Part shown: in pieces, positions 1-14,205 of the stretch
Layout: each line of letters begins with the position of its first letter
How positions within the stretch are numbered: position 1 is the first letter of the stretch
Source: Eledone cirrhosa
Lineage: Eukaryota
Reading direction: 5' to 3'
Assembly: GCA_964016885.1 (NCBI GenBank)
Contig: OZ024742.1
Coordinates: 242,606,001 to 242,670,000 of the forward strand
Length of the DNA: 64,000 bases
Translations under genes and position numbers: made by a program
The notes under the pieces: model-generated
What the model was told of the DNA's origin: nothing
What the model saw: only the letters and a program-made list of their open reading frames with translations
The model's database searches: none

Positions 1-1231
1 GGAGATATTGCTAGACATTGACTTTATGCAGAGGGCCGAACAGTACGGGAGTATTTCGGTACTCCTCAAAAGCGAGGCCCTTGCACAAAGATACTCAATG
101 ACGCCAATACTGTCACAAAAATACACCTTTTTCCCTACATACCTGGGAAAAAGGACACAAAAATTATAGTTTCAAACATACCATCAAATATTAATATTTG
201 GTGGATATTGGCAAGATTTTTAGAGGAGAGAAAAGACACTATTCTCTCCATCAAAAAGTCAACTAGACACACCTGGTCTGGTACAAATTTGGGGATTCTG
301 GTGCAAATGAGCCAAGAAAGAAATCCACAAAATACCAGAAAAAAGTGCTGGTGGACAACAACAGCCACATAAACATTTCAGTGGAGGGACGAATATGATA
401 TTGCTTTCGTTGCAATAGCACCACACACCTAAAGGACTCCTGCCCTTTAGAAACACGCTCAACCAAAACAATACAAAAGAAAACACTGTTACCAACACCA
501 ACACCAAAAGAACCACCACCACCACAACAACAACTCACGAAACAAGCAAACACACCAAAGCCAACAGCCACTCAACCAACAACAACAGAAAAAACAGACA
601 ACACCCCTGAAGAACACAGCCCCACCCCACATCACTCCATCAAACACTACCACAAACACACACACTGAAACACGACCACAACACAACATACCCCTACCCC
701 ACACTCCTGACGATGATTATTCACCGACAGATGAGGCTGCTTCTCCTTCTTTAAGTGAAGAAGAAGGAGAGCCGCGGAAATCTAAAAGACAAAACAAGAG
801 ACACCGCAAAACCCCCGAAACTCCAATCACCAACACCAACGCACAACCACAGACACAAACAACAACACAAACAACACCACAGTCAAACATCCCCTACCAG
901 CAAAACCAACACCAACACCACCCCAAAACAAACAATAACACGCATACATCAACACAAACAAGAGTTTGATGGAGGTCATCTCCCAAAACCCCAAGGTGGA
1001 GACGGAGGGCAAAACTTTCGTCAAGGCAGAATCGTCTCCACACCTTAAACTTATAAGGGTTTCTATGGAGACCTATAGTGACCTGAAAAATTAATTTTTG
1101 CAGGACGTGGGCAAAGCCTACCAGAAACCCATCAACCACGCCCTGTTAAAATGTTTCTTCACGCCACCCACACCCCTACCAGAACCCAAATGGAGATTGA
1201 ACAACCCGATCTCCTGGAAATGAAAAGGTAA
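1..1231 (+). pseudogene. Tx1-like ORF1 (gag-like nucleic-acid chaperone), disrupted
   Basis: CX2CX4HX4C knuckle at 402-443, followed by a Thr/Pro/Gln-rich low-complexity tail. Ends LLEMKR-TAA at 1229-1231, 42 nt before the ORF2 ATG. Confidence 0.75.
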
Positions 1232-1273
1232 GTGCACCTTTTCGTCCTTTTTCTCCAACTCTTCTTCACCAAC

Positions 1274-4200
1274 ATGGCTAGTTTACGAGTTGGAAGCGTG
1301 AATGTGCGTGGCCTAGGGATGCCCTGGAAACAGGGCCAACTTTTAAACGACCTTAGGTCACACGGTATGGATGTGATAGCCATCACCGAGTCCAGGATCC
1401 ACAACAGGCAGCAACTAACCCCCATCTTTGACGACTTTGAGATCTACGCATCTCTCTGTCAGCCAGGAGGAGGAGGGGGGGTGGATGTCATGTTTCAGAA
1501 GAACCTGGACGTCGAAGTACAGCAAGTACACTTGGACCCGGAGGGTAGACTGGTAGTCCTAGACGTGAACAGTATCGGAGGTGGAGCCTTCAGACTGGTG
1601 GCCGTTTATGCCCCGACCGGGCAATCGCAATCACGGCCAGACTTCTTTAAGCGTCTAGAGCCTTTTCTGGGAACGTCTCGCTCCTTACGTTTAGTGGAGG
1701 ACTGGAACGGTATCCTAGATGCACGATGGGACTATGTGGGAGCATGTCCCAGTAGAGGGGGTGCAACAGCCTCAAAACTTTAATAGGCCAATTCCAACTG
1801 GCCGATAGGTATCGACTGTATTTTCCGACTGCACCATAGTGGACGTGGGCAAACCGCAGCGGGACATCTAGATCGTATTTAGATAGGCTCTTCATTAGAG
1901 AAAGGGACAAGGAAATGTTAAGCTGTCCACGAATGTACATGGTTGCTTATTTAGATGACAAATTAGTTGTCTGCATAGTCAACCGTGATAGAACACATAG
2001 ACAGGGTCCCGGATACTGGAAGCTGAACGTGCAGTTGCCGGCACGTAAACCTTACAGTGAACGGATAAGTAAACTAGTCAAGCAACAGTTAACGGGAGCC
2101 ATCGTCAACAATAGATGGTGGTACTCTCTCAAGAAAGCAATTAGAGTAAAATCGATAGGGTTTAGCAGAGAGTTAGCCCTAGAGAAAAACAAAATAGAGA
2201 GAGAACTAGTAGCCAAGGTAAAGGAGGCACTTAGAAGTGGCGACGCGGCTAGAGTGTTAGCGTCGAGAACGGCACTGGACCAGTTCTTCGATGCGAAACA
2301 CGAAGGCTGCGTGGTCAGAAGCAAAATACGTGCTCTAGGAAACGAAGGAGCGAAAGCTGGAAGCTGGGCCCGAGTGGCGGAGGCAACATTGGCAACAAGT
2401 CCACGATTCGGTCTTTGAAAGACCAAAACGGACGCGTGCTACTTGACCCCAAGTAAATATGCGTGGCCTTTCAGCAGCACTTTGCGCGACTGTTTGAGCA
2501 GAACGACGGTGAGCTAAACGGGGCAATAGACTTTAGTTCATACCTCGACGGCCTGCTGCGTCTCTCGAAACGGACGCCGAGTTCTGCGAAAGACCGATCA
2601 CGGACATTGAGATACGGGACGCTCCGGGCCGCTGCGGGAAACGCAAGTCACCCGATCTAGATGGTCTACCCTATGAGTTTTGCATAGGCATGCCGGACTT
2701 GTTCTCTGGCGTCCTCGAAGCCGTCTACTGCAATTGGAAGCAGAACGGGAGAATTCCCAGTTCTGCAGGCAAGGGCGTAGTAACGCTGATCAGGAAAGAC
2801 GAGATCAAAGAGGACGAAATTAACAACTTCAGGCCCATAACTCTGCTCAACACAGAGTTAAAGATTTTGGCCAAGGTGCTAGCGACGAGGTTGGCGCTTG
2901 TCGTCGAGAACCTGGTAGGGAAAGCGCAAACGAGTGCAATCCCGATCAGGTCCATACATGACAACCTCAACTTCATGCGATACATCATAGAGAGGGGCGG
3001 GTAGTAAACCCGGCTTCGGTGGGGCTCTGATCAATTTGGATCAGTCTAAGGCATTCGATAGGGTCGACCATCGATACTTGGAAGCGGTTCTCAAGGCGGC
3101 CGGTTTTGGTCCCGTTTTCAGAGGCTGGATCTAGTCGATGCACACCAGCATCTTCTCGAGGGTCAAGGTGAACGGCTACCTATCGGAGCCGTTCGCAATC
3201 ACGCGTTCCATTCGACAGGGATGCTCTCTCTCCTCCATTCTGTATGCATTGACTCTAGAGCCACTACTGCGAAAATTGGAGCTGTTGCAGGGCATCCCTC
3301 TGGAACCGGGACTGCGCAAAGCGGCGTCGGCTTATGCCGACGATGTGACGGTAATGGTGTCGAGCACATCGGAAATCGGGGTGATCGGAAACTTACTGAA
3401 AGAATACGAAACGCTGACGGGTGCAAAACTAAACCCGGACAAGTCTGTCGGTTTGCAACTCGGTACGTGGAGAAACAAACCGACAGCGTCGCTGGACGCT
3501 GGACGGACGGACCGGTGAAATTGCTCGGGGTCTGGTTCGGTCCAGACGTCCAGGTGGAGAAAAACTGGAACGAGGTCACGGCCAGGGTGTTTGCGCTCAC
3601 CCAGAAGTGGGCAAAGTGCAAACTGTCCTTGAAAGGTCGAGCGGAGGTGACGAACACTTTCATAGCGCCCGTCATCTACTACCGCTTGACTGTCGTGCCT
3701 TGTCCCCTTGAACACCTCGCAAAGATGGAACGCATGCTCTTCCAGTTTCTGTGGAAGAAGCAGGCTCTGTTGGTGAGGAGATCCGTCTGCTGTCAGCACC
3801 CTTCCAACGGAGGGCTGGCAAGGCCGTGGCTGATGATGCGCAAGCATGCGCTGAGGCTGCGGCATCTCCAGGTATTCCTCACAGACCCCCAACCGGTGTG
3901 GACACCGTTTGTGAGACATGCTTTTCCGCAGCTCGTCTCGCTGACAGAGCTGCAGTCCTGGGTCAAGAAAAGATCGAAAACGATGGGCGCCTGGCACATT
4001 GAATGCGATCAGGCGCTCAGTCCTCTGGCAAGCGGGCACAGCAATCAGTGGAGACTCCACTTCGACATTCTATAGAGGGATTGTACGTTACAAGGGCGAC
4101 GACGTGCTCGGGGAGACTCTGGGCGTCGAAGACGATGAGCTCACCAGACTGTTTGGTAGGACTTTCCGCCCGGGACCTATGGACAACTTCCAGAGGTCCC

Positions 4201-4706
4201 TGGCTTGGCAGTGCTACCGAGGCGCTCTACCAGTTCGTGACAAGATCTACAGGCACGGACGCTCCGGCAGTTGATCCTTCCAAGAGGACGTGTCCAAGAT
4301 GCGCGTAGGACATTGAAACCGTCCTGCACGCAATTGTACACTGCCCGGGCGTAACCGAAATGTGGAACTATGCAGAACAACTGCTGTCGCGTATGGGACA
4401 AATCCAGTTGACTGCCGAGTCCATAGTAAGGATCAAACCACCAACTTCTTTCAAAAACGAAAGAGAGGCGGTTTTCCTCTGTATAATGGCTATGGTGAAA
4501 GTGGTTATATGGTAGACGAGATTGAGAGGTCTGATGACAGAGGCCTTTCTCTCCGGACAAAACTCATTCCCTTCTTTAGGTACCACTTTAGAAGGAGAAT
4601 TAGAATGGTGAGAGAGTCACTGTACCCCAGTAAATTTACTGTAAGGTGGTTGAATGTGGCAAAAATGGCCCGAGTGAATGGGCCTTCTCTGTATATAAAC
4701 CTGTAG
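1274..4706 (+). pseudogene. Tx1-like ORF2 (APE endonuclease + reverse transcriptase + zinc finger), disrupted
   Basis: Motifs MASLRVGSVNVRGL, DVIAITES, VAVYAP, GPGYWKLN, NFRPITLLNTELKILAK, DQSKAFDRV, IRQGCSLS, YADD (3333-3344), LSLKGRA and CPRC..HAIVHC are spread over several frames. Confidence 0.92.
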
Positions 4707-4769
4707 GTTGAAGAAGAGAGCAAAAGGAAGAAAGGGGCACTTGCACAACACGCTCCTGGAGTTGAGGGT

Positions 4770-4969
4770 NNNNNNNNNNNNNNNNNNNNNNNNNNNNNNN
4801 NNNNNNNNNNNNNNNNNNNNNNNNNNNNNNNNNNNNNNNNNNNNNNNNNNNNNNNNNNNNNNNNNNNNNNNNNNNNNNNNNNNNNNNNNNNNNNNNNNNN
4901 NNNNNNNNNNNNNNNNNNNNNNNNNNNNNNNNNNNNNNNNNNNNNNNNNNNNNNNNNNNNNNNNNNNNN
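4770..4969. other. Assembly gap (200 N)
   Basis: Run of N. Confidence 1.
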
Positions 4970-5037
4970 CACCTACCTACTTATGTATGTATGTCCTCCT
5001 GTTTTTACAAATATAGAGAGGGAGATAGATAGATAGG

Positions 5038-5108
<71 letters not shown>

Positions 5109-5137
5109 AGAGAGAGGGAGAGAGAGAGAGTGAGGGG

Positions 5138-5220
5138 ATTTCTAACATAGACTCAAGACTAATTTAGAAAACATCAACTAGGTAAATATGTCTGATTGTC
5201 TGTATGTGTTTGTTGGTGTG
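5138..5220 (-). mobile_element. Solo 3' end of the Dong/R4 family seen at 26880-28483
   Basis: tttctaacatagac-caagact...aacatcaactaggta matches 26880-26935, and both copies abut (GA)n. Confidence 0.65.
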
Positions 5221-5225
5221 CGTGA

Positions 5226-5282
<57 letters not shown>

Positions 5283-5425
5283 TGTGTGTGTAGGTAAGGT
5301 TCTTATTGTTTATGTCACAAATCACAACAAACACTGTATTCTTTTGATGAATCGTCAGTCAGATAGCAAATCGATAATGGAGTCGGGTCCATAACTTATA
5401 TGCGTAACCCTGAGCCAATCGTTTT

Positions 5426-5467
<42 letters not shown>

Positions 5468-5470
<3 letters not shown>

Positions 5471-5665
5471 TAATAATAATAAATTTGAAGACTAAAATCC
5501 AAAGAGGGCTCAATAAGGATAAATATATATCAAATATATAAGAACCGTAGAGCAGATATTTATTAAAATAACAGATTAAAGTTTAAGCAAAGAATCGCTG
5601 GAAGATCCGTTACGGGTGAAAGCACCGATTCTTTGGCTTAAACTTTAATCTTCTATTTTAATAAT
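5468..5665. mobile_element. Penelope-like terminal fragment with a hairpin (family A)
   Basis: Matches 24720-24875, 47850-48185 and 56477-56745. Inverted arms of ~40 bp at 5560-5665; flanked by (TA)n. Confidence 0.65.
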
Positions 5666-6061
5666 GATATATATATATGTATATATATATATATTTATGA
5701 AAAAAGTCAGGGACCCGACGGCTGAGCTCCGGCCGTATCGACAGCTAGATCCGAACTGTTATATATATATAATTACTATATATATATATATATAATTTAT
5801 ATATATATATATATATATAATTACTATATATATATATAATTTATATATATATATATATAATTACTATATATATATATAACTTATATATATATTTTTTTTT
5901 TCCATTTCAGGTAGACGCGCTCCATCATCCACTTTTCTAAAAAATAAATCATACACAAAACGCCAGAGATGTCACATGAATGGACCTGTTATTTTTATCT
6001 AAAGACATTTTTTCCCATTCCATCCCGCCCGTCCCCTCAATCTATCTTATTTCTCATTCTT

Positions 6062-6097
6062 TCTTCTGATGAAGGACTAGCGTCCGAAACGTTACGA
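6062..6097 (+). ncRNA. Minimal type I hammerhead motif, stem I imperfect
   Basis: CTGATGA-A-GGAC(TAGC)GTCC-GAAA-CG-TT, with palindromic stem III ACGT. Confidence 0.6.
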
Positions 6098-6199
6098 CCC
6101 TCTTCCTGCTATATCAAGCGTTAACCTAATATATCCCTTTCATATACTATACCGATTGCGTTGTTATTTCTGTGTACCTTTTACATACACACACACAAA

Positions 6200-6237
<38 letters not shown>

Positions 6238-6248
6238 TAACAGATTAA

Positions 6249-6298
6249 AGTTTAAGCAAAGAATCGCTGCTTTCACCCTTAACGGGATCTTCTGAAAC
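6249..6298 (-). ncRNA. Family A hammerhead-like motif (CAGAAGA core)
   Basis: Reverse complement of the 24724-24774 motif. Confidence 0.55.
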
Positions 6299-6342
6299 CG
6301 GATTTTAGTCTTCAAATTTATTATTATTACTATTTATTAATA

Positions 6343-6373
<31 letters not shown>

Positions 6374-6384
6374 TATTATTATTA

Positions 6385-6445
<61 letters not shown>

Positions 6446-6994
6446 CTTACATACGTATACTGAGACAACGAACTATAAACATACCGAATAGCAGTACATT
6501 CAAATACACGCACTCACCCATCCATCCATATTTTTGTTTTATTTCATCAGTAAATCTAAGCTGACAGCTTTGAGTATCATTTGACCAAATCATCTAGATA
6601 TCCATCAGTCGGAAAGAATCGTTCTGTCACGGAATATAAAGCCAAGACACTCCATAGATTCTAAGACATATATGCTTTGTAGATTTTCATGTCTCAATAG
6701 TTATCGTTCGCGTCAGTAGTCCTAGTTAATACTTTTTGGTCAAGCTGCCTTTTGTAACAATCTGCTTAAGCTTCTTCTACCCATGAAATTTGTCAATGTC
6801 TCTGAAGAATACAAGGGACTTAAATATCGAATTTCTCTCATCTTCTTTCTCACTGTATTTCCATCTTCCTACAAACATAGATAAATCTATCGATGTATAT
6901 ACAGGCGACCGCCGACGCATACACGCACGCATGCTGATCACCCACCAAACATATATTACACTGAATGATACTTAAGTATCAATGTCTTATCATG

Positions 6995-7362
<368 letters not shown>

Positions 7363-8926
7363 GTATTATTACAATACTCTTTTCACAGTATTTTGAACAC
7401 GCATCGTTGTCAATGTCGAATGATAAAAACAAAGATGTTTGTTGTTTATAGATTGTATCAACTTCAAAGAAAACGTGGACGCAACATTTGTTAACATATA
7501 CACACACACACTACAACCACTCACACACATATACACACACACTCCCATATATATATATATATATATATGTGTTTTTTTATATATATATACATATGCTTGA
7601 GGGACACAAATATGAGGGGAAATGACTTGAATACAGAAGTAAAATGTAAATATATCTTGTAGTGTTTATCCTATTCCATACGCTTACTCTGTGTGTATAT
7701 AAATATGTGTGTCTGTCTAAAAGTTAAAAAGGAAATCTTTAAAAAAATCACTGTTTCTTTATTAGTAAACATACAGCTTAGCCTCATTGTGAAACTTTAA
7801 AACCATGATAAAGCCACATCCTTTATATATATGACCAGAAATATCGATATTACTAGTTTTAATGTTTATTAACGTTTCATCAGATACTCACATCAGTTAC
7901 TCACTTCTTGTTCATAAAGAGAATGGTAACTAATGGGTATTTATATATTTGCAAACAGTTCTGCCTATTAGGCAAAACAACGCGAGTCTTAGCAACGGGA
8001 ATTAATTAGCAGAAGCACTTCCCACTGGTCGGTAGAGTGTAATTAATTATGTAAGTTAAACCTTATAAATGAACATTTACATAGTTGAGTAGCTGAATTG
8101 GAAGAGTAATGCAGTAAGCCGGTATGGCTTATTTACAAGTCTTATACAGCTATTTTATAGGGCAATATTTAAACATACTATGTGATAACTTTTACAAATT
8201 AACATATATAAAAATTTCAAATTCACCCGTTGCTTCTTGAAATGATAAATAGTCTGTTGTGAATCTTTAACTCCGTTGCTTCATTTGATCTATATATATA
8301 TATATATACAGTAGAATAATCGAGAATCGGAAAAACAGCTTACGAATTAACGATAAACAATATCCGATATGTGTGGCAGAGGGCTCAATAATTTGGATAA
8401 ATCAGAGCTATAACTATCGTTAAAATACCAACACATAGAGATCATGTCTAAAATCACCCGCAAGCCGAAAAAGAACGACCAGGAAGATTCGAGTCACTCA
8501 AATAAAATATCAATAAATCAATAAATTAAATGAATGTAAAAACTCACCCGGACCCGCTAGAAGGATGTTAAATCTAGCTTCTTGGGTTTCTGCAATTCCT
8601 TATTCCAATCACTATCAGCCCACATAAAAAATATATGAGACTTCTAGAGAAGGGGGGACGAGGAAGAGCTTTCTCAACGGGAATCCCGTCCGACAATGAA
8701 GAGAAGACCCTTAGCTAGAAACGCACATGGTACCCAGCAAGGGAGATAACCTCTACATTAGCGAAAAATTTCGGTGATGTGCAAATTATGTAAGGATACA
8801 AAATATCACATATCGAATAAGAGTGCTCAACAGACGTGTTAAAATAAACAGGAGCTATTCATCAGTCAATAAGATCGACAAAAAATAATCAATAAAATTA
8901 ACTGGTCAATAGCTAAGGTCTAGAGC

Positions 8927-9054
<128 letters not shown>

Positions 9055-9061
9055 AAGAGGG

Positions 9062-9197
9062 TTAGTTACATAACAAATTAGCTAACCATACTCGAGTACG
9101 GTTTGCTAATTTGTTGTGAAACTAATTCCATACCGAACTCGTACCCTGGACTGAGTGCCCTAATTACTACAGATATAACTCGGGTTTTTTACCACTG
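9062..9197 (+). mobile_element. Hairpin-plus-tail insertion (Penelope-like terminal remnant)
   Basis: ~30-bp imperfect inverted arms centred on TCGA (~9092-9095), then a tail containing ACTC..GAGTGC, between (GA)n and (TA)n. Confidence 0.5.
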
Positions 9198-10030
9198 TAT
9201 ATATATATATATATATATATGCATATATACAGTATATATAGATCGAAATGAAATAAGATTATATTGATCCAGATGTACTTTAGAAACTCAAAGGAAATTA
9301 AAATGAAAATATCATAAGCCCAGAGCATACTCATACAATACCATTATAGACTACTATAATTATATTTTGGAATACTTAGGATCAATTATTAAAAGTAAGT
9401 AAAACGTAATTTCTTTTCCCAATAACAATCAGTAAATACCGCGTTTTCCGTCCAAGAGAAAAAAGTACATATTACCTTGATTAAATATTATAATTAGTAA
9501 ATTTAAGACAACAGTCTTCATGAATATGCTTGTCTTTGGTTTAACAAAATAATTGCTATCCTCCGAGAATTATATATATATACTGTATATACTGCAGAGA
9601 TGTAATAATTGCTCTATATTCGTTTTTATTTTTGATAATTTAAGGATAGTTGATAGTAGAATCGATAAAATACTCAATAAAATACCTTGTAATACCTTTA
9701 ATTCGTTCCCTTTAGGCTGATTTCAAATAATTTCAGCTTATCATACTTCTCTTCTCTCATGAATCAACAAACTATATACTAGCTGACTATATCGGCACAA
9801 TCCTCCCTAATGAATATACTATGGATTTGTAAATTTGTAAGAAATCAATAATTTGATTGAGATATATTATGTTTTTTCTTTTGTTTTTCGTTTGGCACTT
9901 AACTCTTGGTAAAATAGAAGGGGCACCATCATGTCATAGTATACGGCGATTCTTGGGCACTTGAAACCAGACAGAACCCATCACTCTGCATGTCTAAACG
10001 GAACCTATTCCTACCAAAGGAGAAATAAAT

Positions 10031-10106
<76 letters not shown>

Positions 10107-10898
10107 AGTAACTCTATCGGCCACCAAACTCAAATGGCAAATATGGAATTAAAATACACAGGTAGATGTGATGCTAAATTCTTATACAATGTACTTAGGA
10201 AGCTTAATTCAGTGACAGTATGTTTGTAAAAAAATATTTATTTTTAAATTTGAAATAACAGATATAACTTAGTTATAAATAAAATTTGATTCAGTGATTT
10301 AAAGTAGAACTAAATAGAAATTAAACAGATTTATTAGTCTTTTATTGTATAATTATATTACTGTAAGAAATGAACCTTCCATACGTTATTCCTGAATGAG
10401 AAATTAGGAAGAGAGATAAAAGAAACAAAAATAAACCAATTGATCGTGAGAAATTATTTTGTGTTGTCAGCTACCGCGTCAGGAGTCTTGTGGGACGTCA
10501 AGTTTGAGTCCTGGTTTGGCGTTTTATCTGGGAAATAGGATCTTAAACATAAAATACCCCATTGGGAATATTAGAGATGCGCTGTAATATATGACAAGAA
10601 GAAAACATGAAAATATATTGTTGTCTCAGTGGACTTTACTTTACAACTGCTTCAAGATACTGTGAGGGGTCATGACAACTGATATCGTCCCACAATAATA
10701 TTGCTGGATGACTAAAGATGAAAAAAATAACAGACTGACTTAAAAAGATTAAAAACAAAACAAAACAAATAGAAAAGAATTTGTATTATAAAAGAACTAT
10801 AATCATAATAATGATGATAATTATGGTCATAGTGTGATAGAGAGCGTTCTTATTGTGAATCTAATACTATAATCACCTATCCCACCATCGTTGCATCT

Positions 10899-10963
<65 letters not shown>

Positions 10964-11089
10964 TAATAATAAAAATACTGATGATGATGATGAAGATTAT
11001 AAATATCAATGATTATTTTCTATAAGAGCAGTTACACGGGTAGCACAGACACGTGTATTAATATATGCAATTCTAATGTTACATTATAG

Positions 11090-11111
11090 TAATACACACA
11101 CACGCACACAT

Positions 11112-11180
<69 letters not shown>

Positions 11181-11223
11181 TATACATACATGCATACATA
11201 TATTCTCACACACACACAAACAG

Positions 11224-11260
<37 letters not shown>

Positions 11261-11392
11261 CATACATACATACAAGCATACATATATTCTCTCACACACA
11301 TACACACGCACACACACACATACACACATATATATATCTATATATATACATACATACAAGCATACATATATTCTCTCACACACATACACACG

Positions 11393-11426
<34 letters not shown>

Positions 11427-11558
11427 CATACAAGCATACATATATTCTCTCACAAATACACACGAAAACACACACACACATACACACAACACACATATAT
11501 ATATATATATATATACATACATACATGCATACATATATTCTCACACACACACAAACAG

Positions 11559-11591
<33 letters not shown>

Positions 11592-11703
11592 CATACATAC
11601 ATACATACAAGCATACATATATTCTCACACACACACAGACACACAGACACACAGACACACACACACACAAACACACACGCGCATATATATATATATATAT
11701 ATA
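11090..11703. repeat. Compound (CA)n/(TA)n/(ATAC)n array with a repeated caagcatacatatattctc subunit
   Basis: Read directly. Confidence 0.9.
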
Positions 11704-11739
11704 GTTGAAAATTGCAAACTTGACTGTCACCACACATTA

Positions 11740-11778
11740 TGAACCTGAAGATTGCGAAAGCATGAAAGTACTTGTTCA
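11740..11778 (+). ncRNA. Minimal type I hammerhead ribozyme
   Basis: TGAAC-CTGAAGA-TTGC(GAAA)GCAT-GAAA-GTAC-TT-GTTCA: 5-bp stem I, palindromic stem III AGTACT, CUU cleavage site. Confidence 0.8.
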
Positions 11779-11942
11779 ATTAACACTTAACATTTAATAT
11801 TCTATCATACTATAATACCATTATAAATTTTAAAGTATTGTAAATAAAACGAGTAAATCAGACAAAGTTGGAATTCCTCTTATTAATATAATCTTCTATA
11901 CACAATCATACACACCCGTGTATATTTATCTATCTATCTGTT

Positions 11943-12193
11943 TATAAGCCTGTAGGTTGAGGAAGAGAGCAAAAGGAAGAAAGGAGCACTTGCACAACAC
12001 GCTCCTCGAGTTGAGGGTTGTTCTATCGACGGGGTATTAAACAACCCATTTGTGGCGCCTCCCCCCTATTGGGGATTTCGATTGTTGAAATTGTTTGTTT
12101 TTATATTTTTTACACGACTGTATGTAAAATCCCCGGCATGTCTTTGTATTGTCCCCTTTCTTGTTGCGCCCTTGTGGCTAATAAAGAAATCTA

Positions 12194-12196
<3 letters not shown>
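11943..12196 (+). mobile_element. Solo 3' UTR of the Tx1-like element
   Basis: First ~75 nt nearly identical to 4695-4769. Ends AATAAA (12180-12185)-gaaatctatc, followed by (TA)n. Confidence 0.9.
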
Positions 12197-12250
<54 letters not shown>

Positions 12251-12594
12251 AGTTTGAAATGTAGTTGACCCAAAATGAATGACAAAAATAATTGTTGGTC
12301 ACTACAAGTAATAGTTGAGAAAAAGCGGTAAATACCTCTGGAGACCGAATAATATGGACAGATTCAGCTGCCACGTTCCACTATACGCGCTTTGTTCATC
12401 TACTATGTATGCATGGTCCCGTAACTTCTGAGAGAGTCGTAGAGGCATATTGACATACTGTATTTCTAAGGTATTTCTTAAAATTTGTCGGAGCCCATCT
12501 CCTCTCCGGGTCTGAATGCAGAAGGTTTCTTCCAAAGACGGTGAGAGAGGAATTAAAGAATGGAAGTGGGAAAGAGATATAGAGGAAGTATCAA

Positions 12595-12720
12595 CCTCAG
12601 TACCAGACTGGTACTTTTTTTATCGATCTTGAATGGATGAAAGGCAAAGTTTACCACGGTGGGATTTGAAGTCAGAGAGCAGAGAGTCGAAATCAATACC
12701 GCAAAGCATTCTATCCGTCG
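12595..12720 (-). mobile_element. tRNA-derived SINE fragment
   Basis: ggtactt...tatcga...ggatgaaaggcaaagtt...gggatttgaa core shared with the other copies. Confidence 0.75.
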
Positions 12721-13052
12721 TACTATTGTTATTATATTTGATCAAATTATATCAATGTTTCTTAAGTCATGCGGATGTTCACATTTTTCGCCACAGGCTT
12801 AAAATCTAATAAAAGAAAAAATGGCAATTTATGGCCAGCATGATGGTTAACACACACGCCCGGTATCCGAGAGATGTGGGATTTTGTTTCCTAACAGGCG
12901 CCGCCTCTGTCGTCTTTATCCATGTCCAGTCCTACTTTACCCAATTTTCTCTATTACAATTAATAGGGATCGACTACTAATATTGTAGTCATATGCATTA
13001 GGACGACTACATATCAATTTACAAATTTTCTTAAAATGTCTTAGTATTGTTC

Positions 13053-13129
<77 letters not shown>

Positions 13130-13171
13130 CGGGTGTAAAGGGACACTTGAAAACTCGGCTTCGTAGAATTG

Positions 13172-13268
13172 AGACATATCTGAGGATCTTTCGATTTCAG
13201 AGTCAGGTTTGATCATTGCATCAATTGTGCCTCGAGCTGGTTGCCAGAGAAACGATTGTAATATGTCT
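13172..13268 (+). ncRNA. Type I hammerhead with a ~62-nt stem II domain
   Basis: AGACATAT-CTGAGGA-TCT...AGA-GAAA-CGATTG-TA-ATATGTCT: perfect 8-bp stem I, near-palindromic stem III, GUA site. Sits in a ~160-bp insert between (TA)n arrays. Confidence 0.8.
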
Positions 13269-13288
13269 AATAAATCTTATTCGCTGCA

Positions 13289-13380
<92 letters not shown>

Positions 13381-13384
<4 letters not shown>

Positions 13385-13673
13385 AATTCGGGACCCCGAC
13401 GGCTGAGCTCCGGCCGTTTCAACAGCTAGATCCGAATACGAGTTCGGATCTAGCTGTTGAAACGACCGGAGCTCAGCCGTCGGGGTCCCGAATTTTTCAT
13501 ATTACCCACTCTACTACCCCAAGTATCGAGCACTCTCAAGAGTAATGATCTAACTGGTCTAACAGCATTTAATAAATATTGCTTGTACAGGTAATCAAAG
13601 TATGTATGTACTTTTGGGGGACATCCTGCTCATATATGAATGTATAGTATGTTGTTTAACTGTTATGATTTCC
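13381..13673 (+). mobile_element. Penelope-like hairpin-plus-tail insertion (family B)
   Basis: ~56-bp inverted arms at 13381-13498 carry the 3' half of an HHR (GAAACGGC..GCCGTC-GGGG). Related to 5699-5760, 16810-16960 and 45061-45268. Confidence 0.7.
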
Positions 13674-13795
13674 TATATATATATTTATAACCATAAATGT
13701 TAACGCTATATCATAAACAAACAAAATGACTCCAAGCCAACACTAACCACGCACCTGATCAATTACCGTTCATACATCTATACTCAGTCTAACCC

Positions 13796-14205
13796 ATCAT
13801 ATGGGTTGAAATGTTCCTAGACTGACTTTGAAGGAGTGATGCTAGAGCTGTTAAATCTTACAAGCACTACTTTTAACTCTTGTTATTAATAAATGTCTTG
13901 TTTCTCTCCAGGTAAACTGACATATGGCTGTTCAAAGAAGATTTCTAAAGTAACTAGTAGCTATTCCTCTTTAAAATGGACAAAATTTGGCATCGTGGCG
14001 TTATCAAACACCTACAGAAAAAGGATTTAACCTCCAAGGACATTCATGCTGACATGGAGATGACACTTCAGTTTTATAAACGGTGCAAAAGTGTGAGGCT
14101 GAATTTAGGAGAGGAAGGGATAGTCTTGAAGATGACCCAAGATCTGGACTTCATGCGACTGCTATCATCGAGGGAAATATTGATACAGTTCACCAAATGG
14201 TGATC
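13796..14205 (+). mobile_element. Mariner/Tc1 transposon 5' fragment
   Basis: MDKIWHRGVIKHLQKKDLTSKDIHADM at 13976, with frameshifted ..SLEDDPRSGL.., resembles the mariner transposase N-terminal HTH. Confidence 0.75.

Larger units (their letters stand above)
1..4769 (+). mobile_element. Tx1/L1-clade non-LTR retrotransposon, decayed; 5' part lies outside the window, 3' UTR runs into an assembly gap
   Basis: ORF1 remnant with a CCHC knuckle (CFRCNSTTHLKDSC, 402-443). ORF2 has an APE endonuclease, an RT and a C-terminal CPRC..H..C zinc finger, and is broken by frameshifts and stops. Confidence 0.92.

Noticed and set aside
8760-8875. Minus-strand CTGATGA with a distant GAAA
   Set aside because: No matching stem I or stem III could be found.
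12833-12903. tRNA gene
   Set aside because: Only degenerate A/B-box-like sequence with no cloverleaf; at most a SINE head.
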